A DNA stretch of 61,955 nucleotides from an uncultured Clostridia bacterium (GTDB taxonomy: Bacteria > Bacillota > Clostridia > UBA1381). Under the pieces are notes generated by a model that worked only from the letters and a program-made list of their open reading frames with translations, did no database searches and was not told where the DNA came from. The translations under genes were made by a program, and so were the position numbers. The stretch spans positions 1 through 61,955 of the forward strand of contig CANQQS010000001.1 in NCBI GenBank assembly GCA_947626045.1, written 5' to 3'. Below, piece after piece: positions 48,077-58,386 of this stretch. Numbering within the stretch: position 1 is the first letter of the stretch; each line of letters begins with the position of its first letter.

Positions 48077-49915
48077 TTACTCCTTATATATAGCGCCGAA
48101 GCGGCATTTCTCCATACATGCGCCGCACTTTATACACTTTTCGGGATCTATCGTGTGCGGCTCTTTAACCGTGCCGGAAATTGCGCCGACAGGACAGTTT
48201 CTCGCGCAGAGCGTGCAGCCCTTACACTTCTCCTCGTCAATCTTGTATTGGAGAAGGTCTTTACATACACCCGCCGGACACTTCTTGTCCACGATATGAG
48301 CTATGTACTCGTCGCGGAAATATTTGAGCGTCGATATTACGGGGTTCGGCGCGGTCTGACCGAGAGCGCAGAGTGAGTTTGAGTGAAGATGCTCGCACAG
48401 CTCTTCAAGCTTGTCAAGGTCGTCCATCGTCGCCTGACCTTTTGTTATCTTTGTGAGGATCTCAAGCATTCTTCTCGTACCGACGCGGCACGGCGTACAT
48501 TTGCCGCAGCTTTCGTCAACGGTAAATTCGAGGAAGAATTTGGCTATGTCAACCATACAGGTGTCCTCATCCATTACGATAAGTCCGCCGCTGCCCATCA
48601 TAGAGCCTATCGCGGTAAGGTTGTCAAAGTCGATAGGAATGTCGAGGTGTTCCGCCGGTATGCAGCCGCCTGAGGGACCGCCGGTCTGTGCCGCCTTGAA
48701 CTTCTTGCCGTTCGGCACACCGCCGCCGATTTCTTCAACGACCTCTCGCAGCGTCGTACCCATAGGCACTTCGACAAGACCTGTGTTGTTGATCTTGCCG
48801 CCGAGCGCGAATACCTTCGTACCCTTCGACTTTTCCGTACCCATTGAAGCGAACCAGTCCGCGCCGTTCATGATGATTTGCGGAACGTTCGCGTACGTTT
48901 CAACGTTGTTGAGTATTGTCGGCTTCTGGAACAGACCTTTAAGCGCAGGGAACGGCGGGCGTGAACGCGGCTCGCCTCTGTTACCCTCTATCGAGGTCAT
49001 AAGCGCCGTTTCCTCGCCGCAGACGAACGCGCCCGCACCGAGACGAAGCTCTATGTCAAACTTAAAGCCGGTGCCGAAAATGTTGTCGCCCAAAAGTCCG
49101 AGTTCTCTCGCCTGTCCGATTGCAATCTGCAGTCTTTCAACGGCTATCGGGTATTCCGCGCGGACGTAGATATAACCCTGCGTCGCGCCTATCGCATAGC
49201 CGGCGATCGCCATAGCTTCGAGTACAACGTGCGGATCGCCTTCAAGCACCGAACGATCCATGAACGCGCCCGGGTCGCCCTCGTCGGCGTTACAGCACAC
49301 GTATTTCTGATCCGCATAGTTCGCCGCCGCGAAACGCCATTTAAGTCCCGTCGGGAAACCCGCGCCGCCGCGTCCGCGAAGTCCGCTGTCGTAAATCGTC
49401 TGTATTACTTCCTCCGGTGTCATCTCGGTCAGTACCTTAGCAAGAGCCTCGTAACCGCCCTTGCCTATGTAATGCTCGATATGCTCCGGACTTATCTCGC
49501 CGCAGTTGCGAAGCGCAACTCTGTGCTGCTTCTTATAGAAGTTCGTTTCCTCAAGCGGAAGTATGTGGTCGGCTTTCGTCGTTTCGTCGTAGAGCAGTTC
49601 CTTTACGGGGTTGCCGTTCTTCAAATGCTCCTCGACTATCCTCGGAATGTCCTCCTCCTTTACCATGGAGTAGAACAGATTTTCCGGGTGTACTATCATA
49701 ATCGGTCCCAAAGCGCAAAGTCCGAAACAGCCGGTCTTTACGATTTCAACCTCATTTTCAAGTCCGTTTTTCTTTATTTCCTCCTCGAGCTTCGCGATAA
49801 GCGCGGGACTTCCCGAAGACGTGCAGCCAGTACCGCCGCACACGTGAACGCGGCGTTTCGATGTGGTTTGCTGCGCTTTTTCCTTTATTTCCTTTAACTG
49901 TTCAATCGTAATCAT
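48077..49915 (-). CDS. hydB: NuoF-like diaphorase subunit (HydB/HndC)
   Basis: GRGGAGFPTG, NADEGDPG, FVCGEETAL, CGKCTPCR, two C-terminal 4Fe-4S motifs, N-terminal thioredoxin-like 2Fe-2S. Confidence 0.92.
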   Translation of the reverse strand: MITIEQLKEIKEKAQQTTSKRRVHVCGGTGCTSSGSPALIAKLEEEIKKNGLENEVEIVKTGCFGLCALGPIMIVHPENLFYSMVKEEDIPRIVEEHLKNGNPVKELLYDETTKADHILPLEETNFYKKQHRVALRNCGEISPEHIEHYIGKGGYEALAKVLTEMTPEEVIQTIYDSGLRGRGGAGFPTGLKWRFAAANYADQKYVCCNADEGDPGAFMDRSVLEGDPHVVLEAMAIAGYAIGATQGYIYVRAEYPIAVERLQIAIGQARELGLLGDNIFGTGFKFDIELRLGAGAFVCGEETALMTSIEGNRGEPRSRPPFPALKGLFQKPTILNNVETYANVPQIIMNGADWFASMGTEKSKGTKVFALGGKINNTGLVEVPMGTTLREVVEEIGGGVPNGKKFKAAQTGGPSGGCIPAEHLDIPIDFDNLTAIGSMMGSGGLIVMDEDTCMVDIAKFFLEFTVDESCGKCTPCRVGTRRMLEILTKITKGQATMDDLDKLEELCEHLHSNSLCALGQTAPNPVISTLKYFRDEYIAHIVDKKCPAGVCKDLLQYKIDEEKCKGCTLCARNCPVGAISGTVKEPHTIDPEKCIKCGACMEKCRFGAIYKE

Positions 49916-49926
49916 ACCGCGCCTCC

Positions 49927-50421
49927 TTATTCATACTTGGCAAGAATATCGTCAACATCGTCAACGGTAAGTCTGCCGTATACCTCGTCGTTTACAAGCA
50001 TTACCGGCGCAAGTCCGCACGCACCCACGCAGCGGCACGCGTCAAGCGAGAATTTTCCGTCCGGCGTACATTCGCCGCCCGATATGTTGAGCTTTTCGGT
50101 AAGCGCGTTGTAAATGTCGCCGCTGCCCTTTACGTAGCATGCCGTACCGAGACAAACGCTTATTCTGTACTTGCCCTTCGGGTTCAGCGAGAACTGCGAA
50201 TAGAACGTCGCTACGCCGTACAGCTTTTCGAGCGGTATCATCGTTTCGTCAGAGATTTTCTTAAGCACTTCTCTCGGAAGATAGCCGTAAATCTCCTGCG
50301 CCTTCTGCAAAAGCGGCATCGTCGCGCCCGGATCATCCCTGTGCTCGGCTATGACCTGCATCAGCTTTTCTTCCTGCTCCTTTGTTCCCGAGAAAGGAAC
50401 AGTCTGTTTCTTCTCAGCCAT
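49927..50421 (-). CDS. hydC: NuoE-like 2Fe-2S subunit (HydC/HndA)
   Basis: VATFYSQF, CLGTAC, CVGACGLAP; start MAEKK after GGAGG. Confidence 0.92.
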   Translation of the reverse strand: MAEKKQTVPFSGTKEQEEKLMQVIAEHRDDPGATMPLLQKAQEIYGYLPREVLKKISDETMIPLEKLYGVATFYSQFSLNPKGKYRISVCLGTACYVKGSGDIYNALTEKLNISGGECTPDGKFSLDACRCVGACGLAPVMLVNDEVYGRLTVDDVDDILAKYE

Positions 50422-50486
50422 TTTGTAACCTCCATATATATTATTGTTATACAAAAATCAACATCTTTAATTTTTTGCGCATTAAA

Positions 50487-50504
50487 TTGATAATTATTTA
50501 ACAA
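50487..50504. promoter_or_regulatory. Rex operator upstream of hydrogenase operon
   Basis: Minus strand TTGTTAAATAATTATCAA, one mismatch to the clostridial Rex consensus TTGTTAA-N4-TTAACAA. Confidence 0.75.
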
Positions 50505-50619
50505 TCAACCGCACTATAACATTGTATCACACCGCAAGACAATTTTCTATATGGTAATTTATTTTTGTCGAATTGATATAGTTTTTTGTATGTATGTTAT
50601 GCTAAAGTCACAAACAACT

Positions 50620-51459
50620 TTAGTTAGCTACAGTTACAACCTGCGTTTTTGCACCGTTTTCACGCGGCACTGACATTATTACGCCGCGCGGACACTTCTT
50701 CGCGCACAAGCCGCAGTTTTTGCATTTGTCGTAATCTATTATAGCATGATTGTCCACCACATGTATAGCGTCAAAATGACACTCTTTTTCGCATAATTTA
50801 CAGCCGATGCAGCCCTTTTTGCAGTATTGATTGACAAATTTTCCCATTTCTGGATTTGAGCAAAGAACCCAGTGACGCTGATTTTTCGGCACGAGCTTTA
50901 TAATATGCTTCGGACATTCCTTTATACATTTGCCGCACGCCTGACAGAGCGTGTCGTCAACGACAGCTACGCCGTTTTTAATCTTGATCGCGCCGAACGG
51001 ACATACGTTCGCGCAGTGACCGAGACCCAGACAGCCGCTTTCGCATTTTTTGGCACCGCCGGCAAATTTTGCCGCTGCGGCGCAGTCTTTTATTCCTTTG
51101 TAATCAAATTTATACACCACGGACGCTCTGTCGCCGGCGCACATTACACGCGCGACGACCTCCTGTACCTCGCCCGCCTCGACGCCCATTATGTCGGCTA
51201 TCTTCTGCGCCACGGGCGCTTTGCCGACGGTGCAGGCGTTTACAGGCGCGCCTTCGTTTACAACCGCCTCCGCGTAAGCCGAGCAGCCGGCGTAGCCGCA
51301 CGAGCCGCAGTTCGCGCCCGGCAGCACCTCGGTGATACGCTCCGCGCGCTCGTCCTTTTTAACGGCGAATATGTGCGCGGCAAACGCGAGAAGCAGTCCG
51401 AACAAAAGACCTGTTCCGCCGACCACGCATACCGCGGAAATTATATTTGCTGTATTCAT
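50620..51459 (-). CDS. rnfB: Rnf complex subunit B
   Basis: LPGANCGSCGYAGC, multiple ferredoxin motifs, N-terminal TM. Confidence 0.93.
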   Translation of the reverse strand: MNTANIISAVCVVGGTGLLFGLLLAFAAHIFAVKKDERAERITEVLPGANCGSCGYAGCSAYAEAVVNEGAPVNACTVGKAPVAQKIADIMGVEAGEVQEVVARVMCAGDRASVVYKFDYKGIKDCAAAAKFAGGAKKCESGCLGLGHCANVCPFGAIKIKNGVAVVDDTLCQACGKCIKECPKHIIKLVPKNQRHWVLCSNPEMGKFVNQYCKKGCIGCKLCEKECHFDAIHVVDNHAIIDYDKCKNCGLCAKKCPRGVIMSVPRENGAKTQVVTVAN

Positions 51460-51504
51460 TTTATTCCTCCATTACGCAAATTGCGTTTTGCAATTCATTT
51501 CCGA

Positions 51505-52092
51505 TTAACCGATTGAAAATCCCGAAAAGCCCATAAACGCTATCGACATAAGTCCCGCCGTCAAAAGAGCTATCGGGAAGCCGCGGAAGCACTCCGGTAC
51601 CGCGTCCTCGTCGAGATACTCTCTTATACCCGCCATTAAAACTATCGCGAGCGTGAAGCCGAGTGCCGAGAACGTGCCGTTAAGCAGCGAGAATATGAAG
51701 CTGTCCGCATAGTTCTGCACGTTTAACAGCGTCACGCCGAGTACCGCGCAGTTTGTCGTTATAAGCGGAAGGTAAATTCCGAGCGCGTTGTACAGCGACG
51801 GCAGCGACTTCTTTATAAACATCTCCACAAACTGCACAAGTCCGGCGATAATCAGTATAAACAGTATCGTCTGCAGGTAATCAAGTCCGAAGGGTATGAG
51901 CAGAAACTTGTTCGCGAGCCATGTAAACGCCGAGGCGAGAGCCATTACGAACGTTACAGCCATACCCATGCCGAACGCCGTTTCCGTTTTTTTCGACACT
52001 CCGAGGAACGGGCATATTCCGAGGAATTTCACCATTACGAAGTTTTCCGTAAGGAGCGCGGACAAAAGTATCGATACAATCTGAACAGCCAT
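51505..52092 (-). CDS. rnfA: Rnf complex subunit A
   Basis: [23 protein letters not shown]. Confidence 0.95.
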   Translation of the reverse strand: MAVQIVSILLSALLTENFVMVKFLGICPFLGVSKKTETAFGMGMAVTFVMALASAFTWLANKFLLIPFGLDYLQTILFILIIAGLVQFVEMFIKKSLPSLYNALGIYLPLITTNCAVLGVTLLNVQNYADSFIFSLLNGTFSALGFTLAIVLMAGIREYLDEDAVPECFRGFPIALLTAGLMSIAFMGFSGFSIG

Positions 52093-52718
52093 TATTTATC
52101 CGCCCCCTTCTTTGTTTTTTTCACGATGAAGTTAATCGTTCCGATAAGCAGTCCTAGTACGATAAAGCCGCCCGGCGCCATTATCATTATCGTCGCCGGC
52201 TGCACGTGCGTACCGTAGAGCGTTATTCCCCATATCGTACCCGCGCCGAGTATTTCGCGTATCGCGGATATGATGCACAAAGCGCCCGTAAAGCCCAGTC
52301 CCATACCGAGACCGTCAACCGCGCTGTGCAAGGGCCCGTTCTTTGACGCGAACGCCTCCGCGCGCGCGAGGATTATGCAGTTCACGACGATAAGCGGTAT
52401 GAAAAGACCGAGCGACGACGCGAGGTCGGGCATAAACGCCTGCAGCGACATGTCTATTACCGTTACGAACGCCGCTATAATAACTATGTACGCCGCTATT
52501 CTCACCTTGTCGGGGATTATCTTTCTCAAAAGCGATATGAGAAGGTTCGAGCAGATAAGGACAGCCGTAGCCGACAAGCCCATTCCCAAGCCGTTTTGAA
52601 GGCTCGTTGTGACGGCGAGCGTCGGACACATGCCGAGCAGCTGCATAAACGTCGGGTTTTCGGTAAACAGTCCGTTTTTGAATACGGACATTGCCGTTTT
52701 CTTGTTTTCGTCAGCCAT
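52092..52718 (-). CDS. rnfE: Rnf complex subunit E
   Basis: [26 protein letters not shown]. Confidence 0.95.
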   Translation of the reverse strand: MADENKKTAMSVFKNGLFTENPTFMQLLGMCPTLAVTTSLQNGLGMGLSATAVLICSNLLISLLRKIIPDKVRIAAYIVIIAAFVTVIDMSLQAFMPDLASSLGLFIPLIVVNCIILARAEAFASKNGPLHSAVDGLGMGLGFTGALCIISAIREILGAGTIWGITLYGTHVQPATIMIMAPGGFIVLGLLIGTINFIVKKTKKGADK

Positions 52719-53320
52719 TATCCGTTACCCCCTTCCAGTATGATCTCCGCCGCATCAAGCGCGATGTTTACTCCGTTCGTTACGCCCTTTGAGGTTAGCG
52801 TCGCGCCGGAAATCGCCTGTATATCGGTGTCGGTCGCGCCCGATTTTGAAACGCCTATTCCCGCGCTCTTGCCGGTGTACTGCTCGCGGAACGACGCGTC
52901 GGTCGCCTTTGCGCCGAGACCGGGTGTTTCGTTAAGCGATATTATTTCAACGCCCGCGACCGTCTTATCCTCGTTTACGCCGGTTACGGTCTGTATGCCG
53001 ATGTCGTAGCCGCTCGTTTCGGTTATGACGCACGCGCCCGTAACTCTGCCGCTTTGGTCGAGAGCGGTGTAAGCCTTTGTTATCTCTCCCCTGCCGTCCT
53101 CGGCGTTTTTCAGTTCGGGAGTTATTTCAAGCTCCTTAAATTCAGCCGCGTCGGGCATTACGGCTTTGAGAGCCGTCTGCTCTTTTTTAATGTTGTTTTC
53201 GGCTATGAGCGGCGCGGTATTCGCGTTTACAAATCCCAGAAGCGCCGCCGCGAGCGCGGTTATTACAAACAGTATCGCGCCCACCTTTATAATTTCCTTT
53301 ACATCCAGTTTGTCGCTCAT
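52718..53320 (-). CDS. rnfG: Rnf complex subunit G
   Basis: ETPGLG, ISGATLTS FMN attachment motif. Confidence 0.93.
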   Translation of the reverse strand: MSDKLDVKEIIKVGAILFVITALAAALLGFVNANTAPLIAENNIKKEQTALKAVMPDAAEFKELEITPELKNAEDGRGEITKAYTALDQSGRVTGACVITETSGYDIGIQTVTGVNEDKTVAGVEIISLNETPGLGAKATDASFREQYTGKSAGIGVSKSGATDTDIQAISGATLTSKGVTNGVNIALDAAEIILEGGNG

Positions 53321-54267
53321 TTACGCGCACCTCCTCTGTTTCCGAAGGATTTCGGAACGGTATAACGCTCTATAAGCGGAGCGGCGAGGTTCATCAGAAG
53401 TATCGAGAACGACACGCCCTCCGGATAACCGCCGAACCGTCTTATCAGGAACGTCAGAACGCCGCAGCCTATACCGAATATTATCATGCCGAGATGCGTC
53501 GTCGGCGTTGTCGTGTAGTCGGTCGCCATGAAGAACGCGCCGAGAAGCAGTCCGCCCGTAAGGAGCTGGTACGCGAGGTACTGTGCGTCGAACGCGTCCT
53601 TGCCGAAAAGGAACGTCAAAGCCGCGAATGACGCTATGTACGCAAGCGGTATCTTTATGCTTACCACGCGCCGCGCAAGCAGGTATATAAAGCCTATGAT
53701 AAGCGCTATTGCCGATGTTTCGCCGATAGTACCCGCCTTCATGCCGACAAAGCACTGCATGAGTGACGGCATTGTTCCCTCCGCGCCGCTTTTCATTATC
53801 GCGAGCGGCGTCGCGGTCGTTACCGCGTCAAACGGAGTCCGGAAGCTCGTCATCGCGCCCGTCCACGCTATGAGCATGAAGCAGCGCGCCGCAAGCGCGG
53901 GGTTTACGAAGTTTTTACCGAGTCCGCCGAACATCTGCTTTACTATCACTATCGCGAACGCCGAGCCTACGCAAACCATCCATATCGGTATGCGCGGCGG
54001 CATGTTGAGTCCGAGTAAAAGTCCCGTCACGACCGCGCTCAAATCGCCCGTTGTATTGCGCTTTTTGAGCAGCTTTTCAAATATCCACTCCGCGAGTACC
54101 GCCGATATTACCGCGCTCGCGAGGACGATTGTCGAGTAGATACCGAACAGCAGTCCGCCCGCGACAGCCGCCGGAAGCAGCGCGATTATCACGTCGAGCA
54201 TTATCCTTTGCGTCGTGGAGTTTGTGTGAATGTGCGGCGAGGAGGACATTATGAGATTATTTTCCAT
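53317..54267 (-). CDS. rnfD: Rnf complex subunit D
   Basis: SSPH, FGGLGKNFVNPA, TTATPL, GETS, FMATD. Confidence 0.95.
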   Translation of the reverse strand: MENNLIMSSSPHIHTNSTTQRIMLDVIIALLPAAVAGGLLFGIYSTIVLASAVISAVLAEWIFEKLLKKRNTTGDLSAVVTGLLLGLNMPPRIPIWMVCVGSAFAIVIVKQMFGGLGKNFVNPALAARCFMLIAWTGAMTSFRTPFDAVTTATPLAIMKSGAEGTMPSLMQCFVGMKAGTIGETSAIALIIGFIYLLARRVVSIKIPLAYIASFAALTFLFGKDAFDAQYLAYQLLTGGLLLGAFFMATDYTTTPTTHLGMIIFGIGCGVLTFLIRRFGGYPEGVSFSILLMNLAAPLIERYTVPKSFGNRGGARK

Positions 54268-55582
54268 TGTTCTTTTCCTCCCTTACCTTTTTCATTACCT
54301 CCGGCTTTATCATTCTGATAAACTGGAGCAGATTTTTGTTCGCGGGGCATATGTAGGAGCAAAGCCCGCACTCGATACATTCAAGCACGTTGTACTTCTG
54401 CGCCATATCCACGTCGTCCTTTTTTGACGCCTGCACGAGCTTCATCGGCATGAGCCGCATAGGGCAGTGGTCAACGCACCTTCCGCAGCGTATGCACGGC
54501 GCGTCGGGGTCGTACGTTTTTTCCGCTTTTGTTATCGTGAGTACCGACGAGGTTGTTTTTGTGACGGGGTAATCTATGTTGTACTGCGATATGCCCATCA
54601 TCGGTCCGCCCGACACTATTTTTTCGGGAGTGCTTACAAAGCCGCCCGCCTGTTCTATCAGGAACGATACCGGCACGCCCGTACGTACGCGGAACACCGA
54701 CGGATTTTTCACCGCGTCGCCCGACACAGTGACGTTTTTCTCTATCGCGGGAAGTCCCGTCTTAAACGCGTTCGCAATCGCGACGGCTGTCGCGACGTTT
54801 ATTACGACCGCGCCAGCGTCCGCAGGAAGTCCGCCGGCAGGCACGTTTCTGCCCGTTATCGCCTTTATAAGCTGCTTTTCCGCGCCCTGCGGGTACTTCG
54901 TCTTTAATTCGATTATATGTATGTTTTCCCCGTACTCCTTCGACGCTTTTACAGCCTCTATTCCGTTCTTTTTGTTAAGCTCCACGCCGATATAGCCGTC
55001 CTTGAGGTCAAGCACCTTCATTGCTACCTTTAAGCCGTAGATTATATCGTCCGCGTTTTCGAGCATGTAGCGGTGGTCGCTCGTTATGTACGGCTCGCAC
55101 TCCGCGCCGTTCACGATTATGTAATCGACCTTCTGCTTCGGCGAAAGCTTGACATGCGTCGGGAAGCCCGCGCCGCCCATGCCGACTATGCCCGCTTCGC
55201 GTATAACGGACAAAAGCTCATCATGGTTCATGCTCTTGTAATCCTTCGGGCAAACGTCGTCCGACACGGTATACTCCTTGTCGTTCTCGACAAATATTGC
55301 CTCCACCATCGAGCCGCTGTCATGAAAATACGGCTTTATATCCGTGACCGTGCCCGAAACCGACGAATGAACCGGCGCGGAAACAAATTCTCCGCTGTCA
55401 GCGATTTTCTGTCCGACCTTTACCTTATCGCCCACACTGACGAGCGCCTTTAACGGCGCGCCGATATGCTGACGCATCGGGTAGATGTGCATATCGCAGT
55501 CGGGCAGCCGAACGGTTTGCTTTTCATTTGTCAGCTCCTTGCGGTCGCGTATATGAAAGCCGCCTTTGAATGTTGCTGCCAT
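54257..55582 (-). CDS. rnfC: Rnf complex subunit C
   Basis: QHIGAP, GMGGAGFPTHVK, NGAECEPY, YPQGAEK, GGPMMG, two 4Fe-4S motifs. Confidence 0.96.
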   Translation of the reverse strand: MAATFKGGFHIRDRKELTNEKQTVRLPDCDMHIYPMRQHIGAPLKALVSVGDKVKVGQKIADSGEFVSAPVHSSVSGTVTDIKPYFHDSGSMVEAIFVENDKEYTVSDDVCPKDYKSMNHDELLSVIREAGIVGMGGAGFPTHVKLSPKQKVDYIIVNGAECEPYITSDHRYMLENADDIIYGLKVAMKVLDLKDGYIGVELNKKNGIEAVKASKEYGENIHIIELKTKYPQGAEKQLIKAITGRNVPAGGLPADAGAVVINVATAVAIANAFKTGLPAIEKNVTVSGDAVKNPSVFRVRTGVPVSFLIEQAGGFVSTPEKIVSGGPMMGISQYNIDYPVTKTTSSVLTITKAEKTYDPDAPCIRCGRCVDHCPMRLMPMKLVQASKKDDVDMAQKYNVLECIECGLCSYICPANKNLLQFIRMIKPEVMKKVREEKNNGK

Positions 55583-55666
55583 TGTTACACCTTCCTTTCG
55601 AGGCGTTCACCCCGAGTTTTCCCAAATATTCGGAAGCAAAACTTGCGTTTTGCCCATACTTTATTT

Positions 55667-55731
55667 ATTGTATCATATTTAAATATTTTTTTCAATATAT
55701 ACTTGAAAGAAATATGACGGTATATTATAAT
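55667..55731. promoter_or_regulatory. Back-to-back divergent sigma-A promoters (rnfC and rseC-like)
   Basis: Minus: TTGAAA-17-TACAAT (55695-55667); plus: TTGAAA-17-TATAAT (55703-55731). Confidence 0.7.
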
Positions 55732-55766
55732 TAGAAGCGAATGTAAATATGTTACGGGGTGGTAAA

Positions 55767-56189
55767 ATGCTTCAGAGCGGTATTGTTAAAAGCGTAAGCG
55801 GAAAAACGGCTGAAATTGAGATTACGCGCTCGTCGTCATGCGGCGAAAGCTGCGCGTCGTGCGGACTTTGTCCCGGTATTACGGCGACGGTAAAGGCTGA
55901 AAATACCGCAAACGCCGCCGTCGGCGACGTTGTTTGCATAGATATGGCTGACAATAAAATCCTCGGCGCGGCTGCGCTCGTTTATATTGTGCCGGTGGCG
56001 GCACTGATACTCGGATATTTCGCCGCGTACGCAGTAACGAAAAACGAGCTTGTATCGGCTGCGGCGGGATTTTTGCTCATGGCTGTTATATTCGTGATAC
56101 TCATACTGTCGGACAAGCGCTTAAAACGCAGATACACACCGCGCGTAACGAGGATTTTACCGAAGGAGGACGCGAATGGCGGAGCTTAA
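55767..56189 (+). CDS. RseC/MucC (SoxR reducing system) family protein
   Basis: RSSSCGESCASCGLC Cys cluster, AAVGDVV, two TM helices; next to rnf. Confidence 0.82.
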   Translation: MLQSGIVKSVSGKTAEIEITRSSSCGESCASCGLCPGITATVKAENTANAAVGDVVCIDMADNKILGAAALVYIVPVAALILGYFAAYAVTKNELVSAAAGFLLMAVIFVILILSDKRLKRRYTPRVTRILPKEDANGGA

Positions 56190-56571
56190 GAAAAACCTCG
56201 CGTGGATCGGCGCATTCGCGTTGATCGCAGCCGTGTGCGCAATAGTTATCGCGTGCCGCGCAAACACCGCGCCGCACGGTAAAACCGCGAAAATCCTTTC
56301 GGACGGCGAAACAGTGCGCGTTGTGGATTTGGAAAATGTAAAAACCCCTTACGAGTTCACCGTCACGTCAAAGGACGGCGGCGAAAACACGGTAAGAGTC
56401 GAAAACGGGCGTATAGCCGTTGTGAGCGCGGACTGCCCCGATAAAATATGCGTCAAAAGAGGCTTTATAAGCGGCGCGCAGCCGCCTATCGTATGCCTTC
56501 CCAACAAACTGACCGTTGTCGTCACCGGTGACAGCGGCATTGACGCGGTGACGGGAGGCGATGCGCAGTGA
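56176..56571 (+). CDS. NusG domain II-containing protein
   Basis: N-terminal TM; ADCPDKICV and IVCLPNK. Confidence 0.85.
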   Translation: MAELKKNLAWIGAFALIAAVCAIVIACRANTAPHGKTAKILSDGETVRVVDLENVKTPYEFTVTSKDGGENTVRVENGRIAVVSADCPDKICVKRGFISGAQPPIVCLPNKLTVVVTGDSGIDAVTGGDAQ

Positions 56572-57068
56572 ATGTAAAAAAGCTTACGGTCATGGCTCTC
56601 ATGCTGTCGCTCGCGCTCGTGATATTCGTCGCGGAGTCGTTTATACCGCCGCTCGTGCCGATACCGGGCGTAAAGCTCGGACTGGCGAACATTATAACGC
56701 TGATTGCCGTGTATATTCTGGGACGCAAAGAAGCGTTTGTGATACTCACGCTGCGTATAATTATAGCGAGCGTGTTTTCCGGCGGTATGGCGGGATTTTT
56801 ATACAGTATGGCGGGCGGTCTTGTCTGCTTCGCCGTTACGGCTCTCGCGTCGCTCCGCCTCGGTGAAAACCGAATGTGGGTTGTGAGCGTGCTTGGCGCG
56901 GTCGGGCATAACGCCGGACAGCTCACCGTCGCGTGTATCGTTATCGGCAGCGCGTACGTGCTGTGGTACGCGCCGTTTCTCATAATTTCGGCGATAGTGA
57001 CAGGCGCGTTTACCGGCGTTGCCGCGCAGGTTACAACAAACAGGCTTCGTAAGATAAAAAGGACATAA
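56568..57068 (+). CDS. Gx transporter family / heptaprenyl diphosphate synthase component I-like membrane protein
   Basis: PGVKLGLANI, GAVGHNAGQL. Confidence 0.85.
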   Translation: MNVKKLTVMALMLSLALVIFVAESFIPPLVPIPGVKLGLANIITLIAVYILGRKEAFVILTLRIIIASVFSGGMAGFLYSMAGGLVCFAVTALASLRLGENRMWVVSVLGAVGHNAGQLTVACIVIGSAYVLWYAPFLIISAIVTGAFTGVAAQVTTNRLRKIKRT

Positions 57069-57076
57069 ACAAGCGT

Positions 57077-57814
57077 TTAAGTCCTTTCGTTTTTATAATG
57101 TTCCAGAAAAGCGCGGTCGTCGTCGGTAAGCTCCGCATTTTCAAGCATATCGGGGCGCTTTTTTAATGTTTCGATAAGCGACTGCTCCCTTTTCCACTTT
57201 TCTATATTAGCGTGATGTCCCGATATTAAAACCTCGGGTATCTCAACGCCGTGCCATTCCTGCGGACGCGTGTACTGCGGATACTCCAAAAGTCCCGAAT
57301 AGTGCGACTCGTTCTCGTATGAGCCGGCAGCCGCAAGCACGCCCGGTATAAGGCGCGACACCGCGTCTATCACCGCCATCGCGGGTATCTCGCCACCCGT
57401 TAAAACGAAGTCGCCTATTGAAATTTCCTCGTCCACTATCTCGTCTATGACGCGGCGGTCAACGCCCTCGTAGTGACCGCACAGCAGCACTATATGCTCC
57501 TCCCTCGCAAGCTCCTTCGCGACGGACTGGTTGAACACCCTGCCCTGCGGCGACATGTATATTGTGCGCGGCTTGTAGTCAAGCCCCTCCGTCACCGCCT
57601 TGTACGCGTCGTACACCGGCTGCGGCGACATCAGCATCCCACCGCCGCCGCTGTATGGGTAGTCGTCAACCTTGCGGTGCTTGTTTTTCGTGTAATCGCG
57701 TATATCGGTAAAGTTCAGTTCTATTATGCCGTTTTCGCGCGCTCTGCCGATTATACTGTCGCCGAGTACGGCTTCGAGCATCGCGGGAAAAAGCGTCAGA
57801 ACGTCAAATTTCAT
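57077..57814 (-). CDS. trmD: tRNA (guanine37-N1)-methyltransferase
   Basis: VDDYPYSGGGGM, CGHYEGVD, SIGDFVLTGGE, YPQYTRP. Confidence 0.97.
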   Translation of the reverse strand: MKFDVLTLFPAMLEAVLGDSIIGRARENGIIELNFTDIRDYTKNKHRKVDDYPYSGGGGMLMSPQPVYDAYKAVTEGLDYKPRTIYMSPQGRVFNQSVAKELAREEHIVLLCGHYEGVDRRVIDEIVDEEISIGDFVLTGGEIPAMAVIDAVSRLIPGVLAAAGSYENESHYSGLLEYPQYTRPQEWHGVEIPEVLISGHHANIEKWKREQSLIETLKKRPDMLENAELTDDDRAFLEHYKNERT

Positions 57815-58323
57815 TATAAGTCCTCCAAACCGTCGATAAGATGCACCGTCACGCTGCCGCCGTCAATATCTACGTCAAGCACCGTTTCGTCCGTCACGGG
57901 TATGAGCAGATCCTTCATACCCTCGCGCTTTACCTCGTATATATCGCTCGCGCCCGTGTTTATAACGTCGGAAATTTTACCGATTTCGCGTCCGTCGTCC
58001 GTCACGACCGTAAGACCTATGAGGTCGGCGATATAGTAAACGCCGTCGGGCAGCTCGCCGAGCATGTCGCGCTCCGCGTACAGCACGCGGTTTTTGTACT
58101 TTTCCGCGTCATTTATGTCGGTTATTTCCTTAAAACGGACTATGATGTTGCCCTTTTGATACTTCACGCCGCTCAAGGTAAGACGCTCGTAATCGTCCTT
58201 CGTTTTCACGTACGCGTATTCTATATCCTCAAACTGCTCGGGGTAGTCCGTCCACGGCACGACCTTTACCTCGCCGCGCAGACCGTGGGTGTTGACTATC
58301 TTTCCGACTTCAAGCAAATCCAT
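57814..58323 (-). CDS. rimM: Ribosome maturation factor RimM
   Basis: Start re-set to MDLLEVGKIVNTHGLRGEVKV; YYIADLIG, TGASD, LIP. Confidence 0.95.
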   Translation of the reverse strand: MDLLEVGKIVNTHGLRGEVKVVPWTDYPEQFEDIEYAYVKTKDDYERLTLSGVKYQKGNIIVRFKEITDINDAEKYKNRVLYAERDMLGELPDGVYYIADLIGLTVVTDDGREIGKISDVINTGASDIYEVKREGMKDLLIPVTDETVLDVDIDGGSVTVHLIDGLEDL

Positions 58324-58351
58324 ATAGGTAATCCTCCGTTTTTGTTTATGT

Positions 58352-58386
58352 AAACGAAAAAGGCTGCGCCGCGCAGCCGTTTCGTT
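58352..58386 (-). terminator. Probable terminator after HisB-like gene
   Basis: GGCTGCG-N3-CGCAGCC followed by TTTTT on the minus strand. Confidence 0.7.

Noticed and set aside
51476-55653. Shared TTGCGTTTTGC before rnfB (about 51481) and rnfC (about 55643)
   Set aside because: Only two 11-bp matches in different hairpin contexts; too weak to call an operator.
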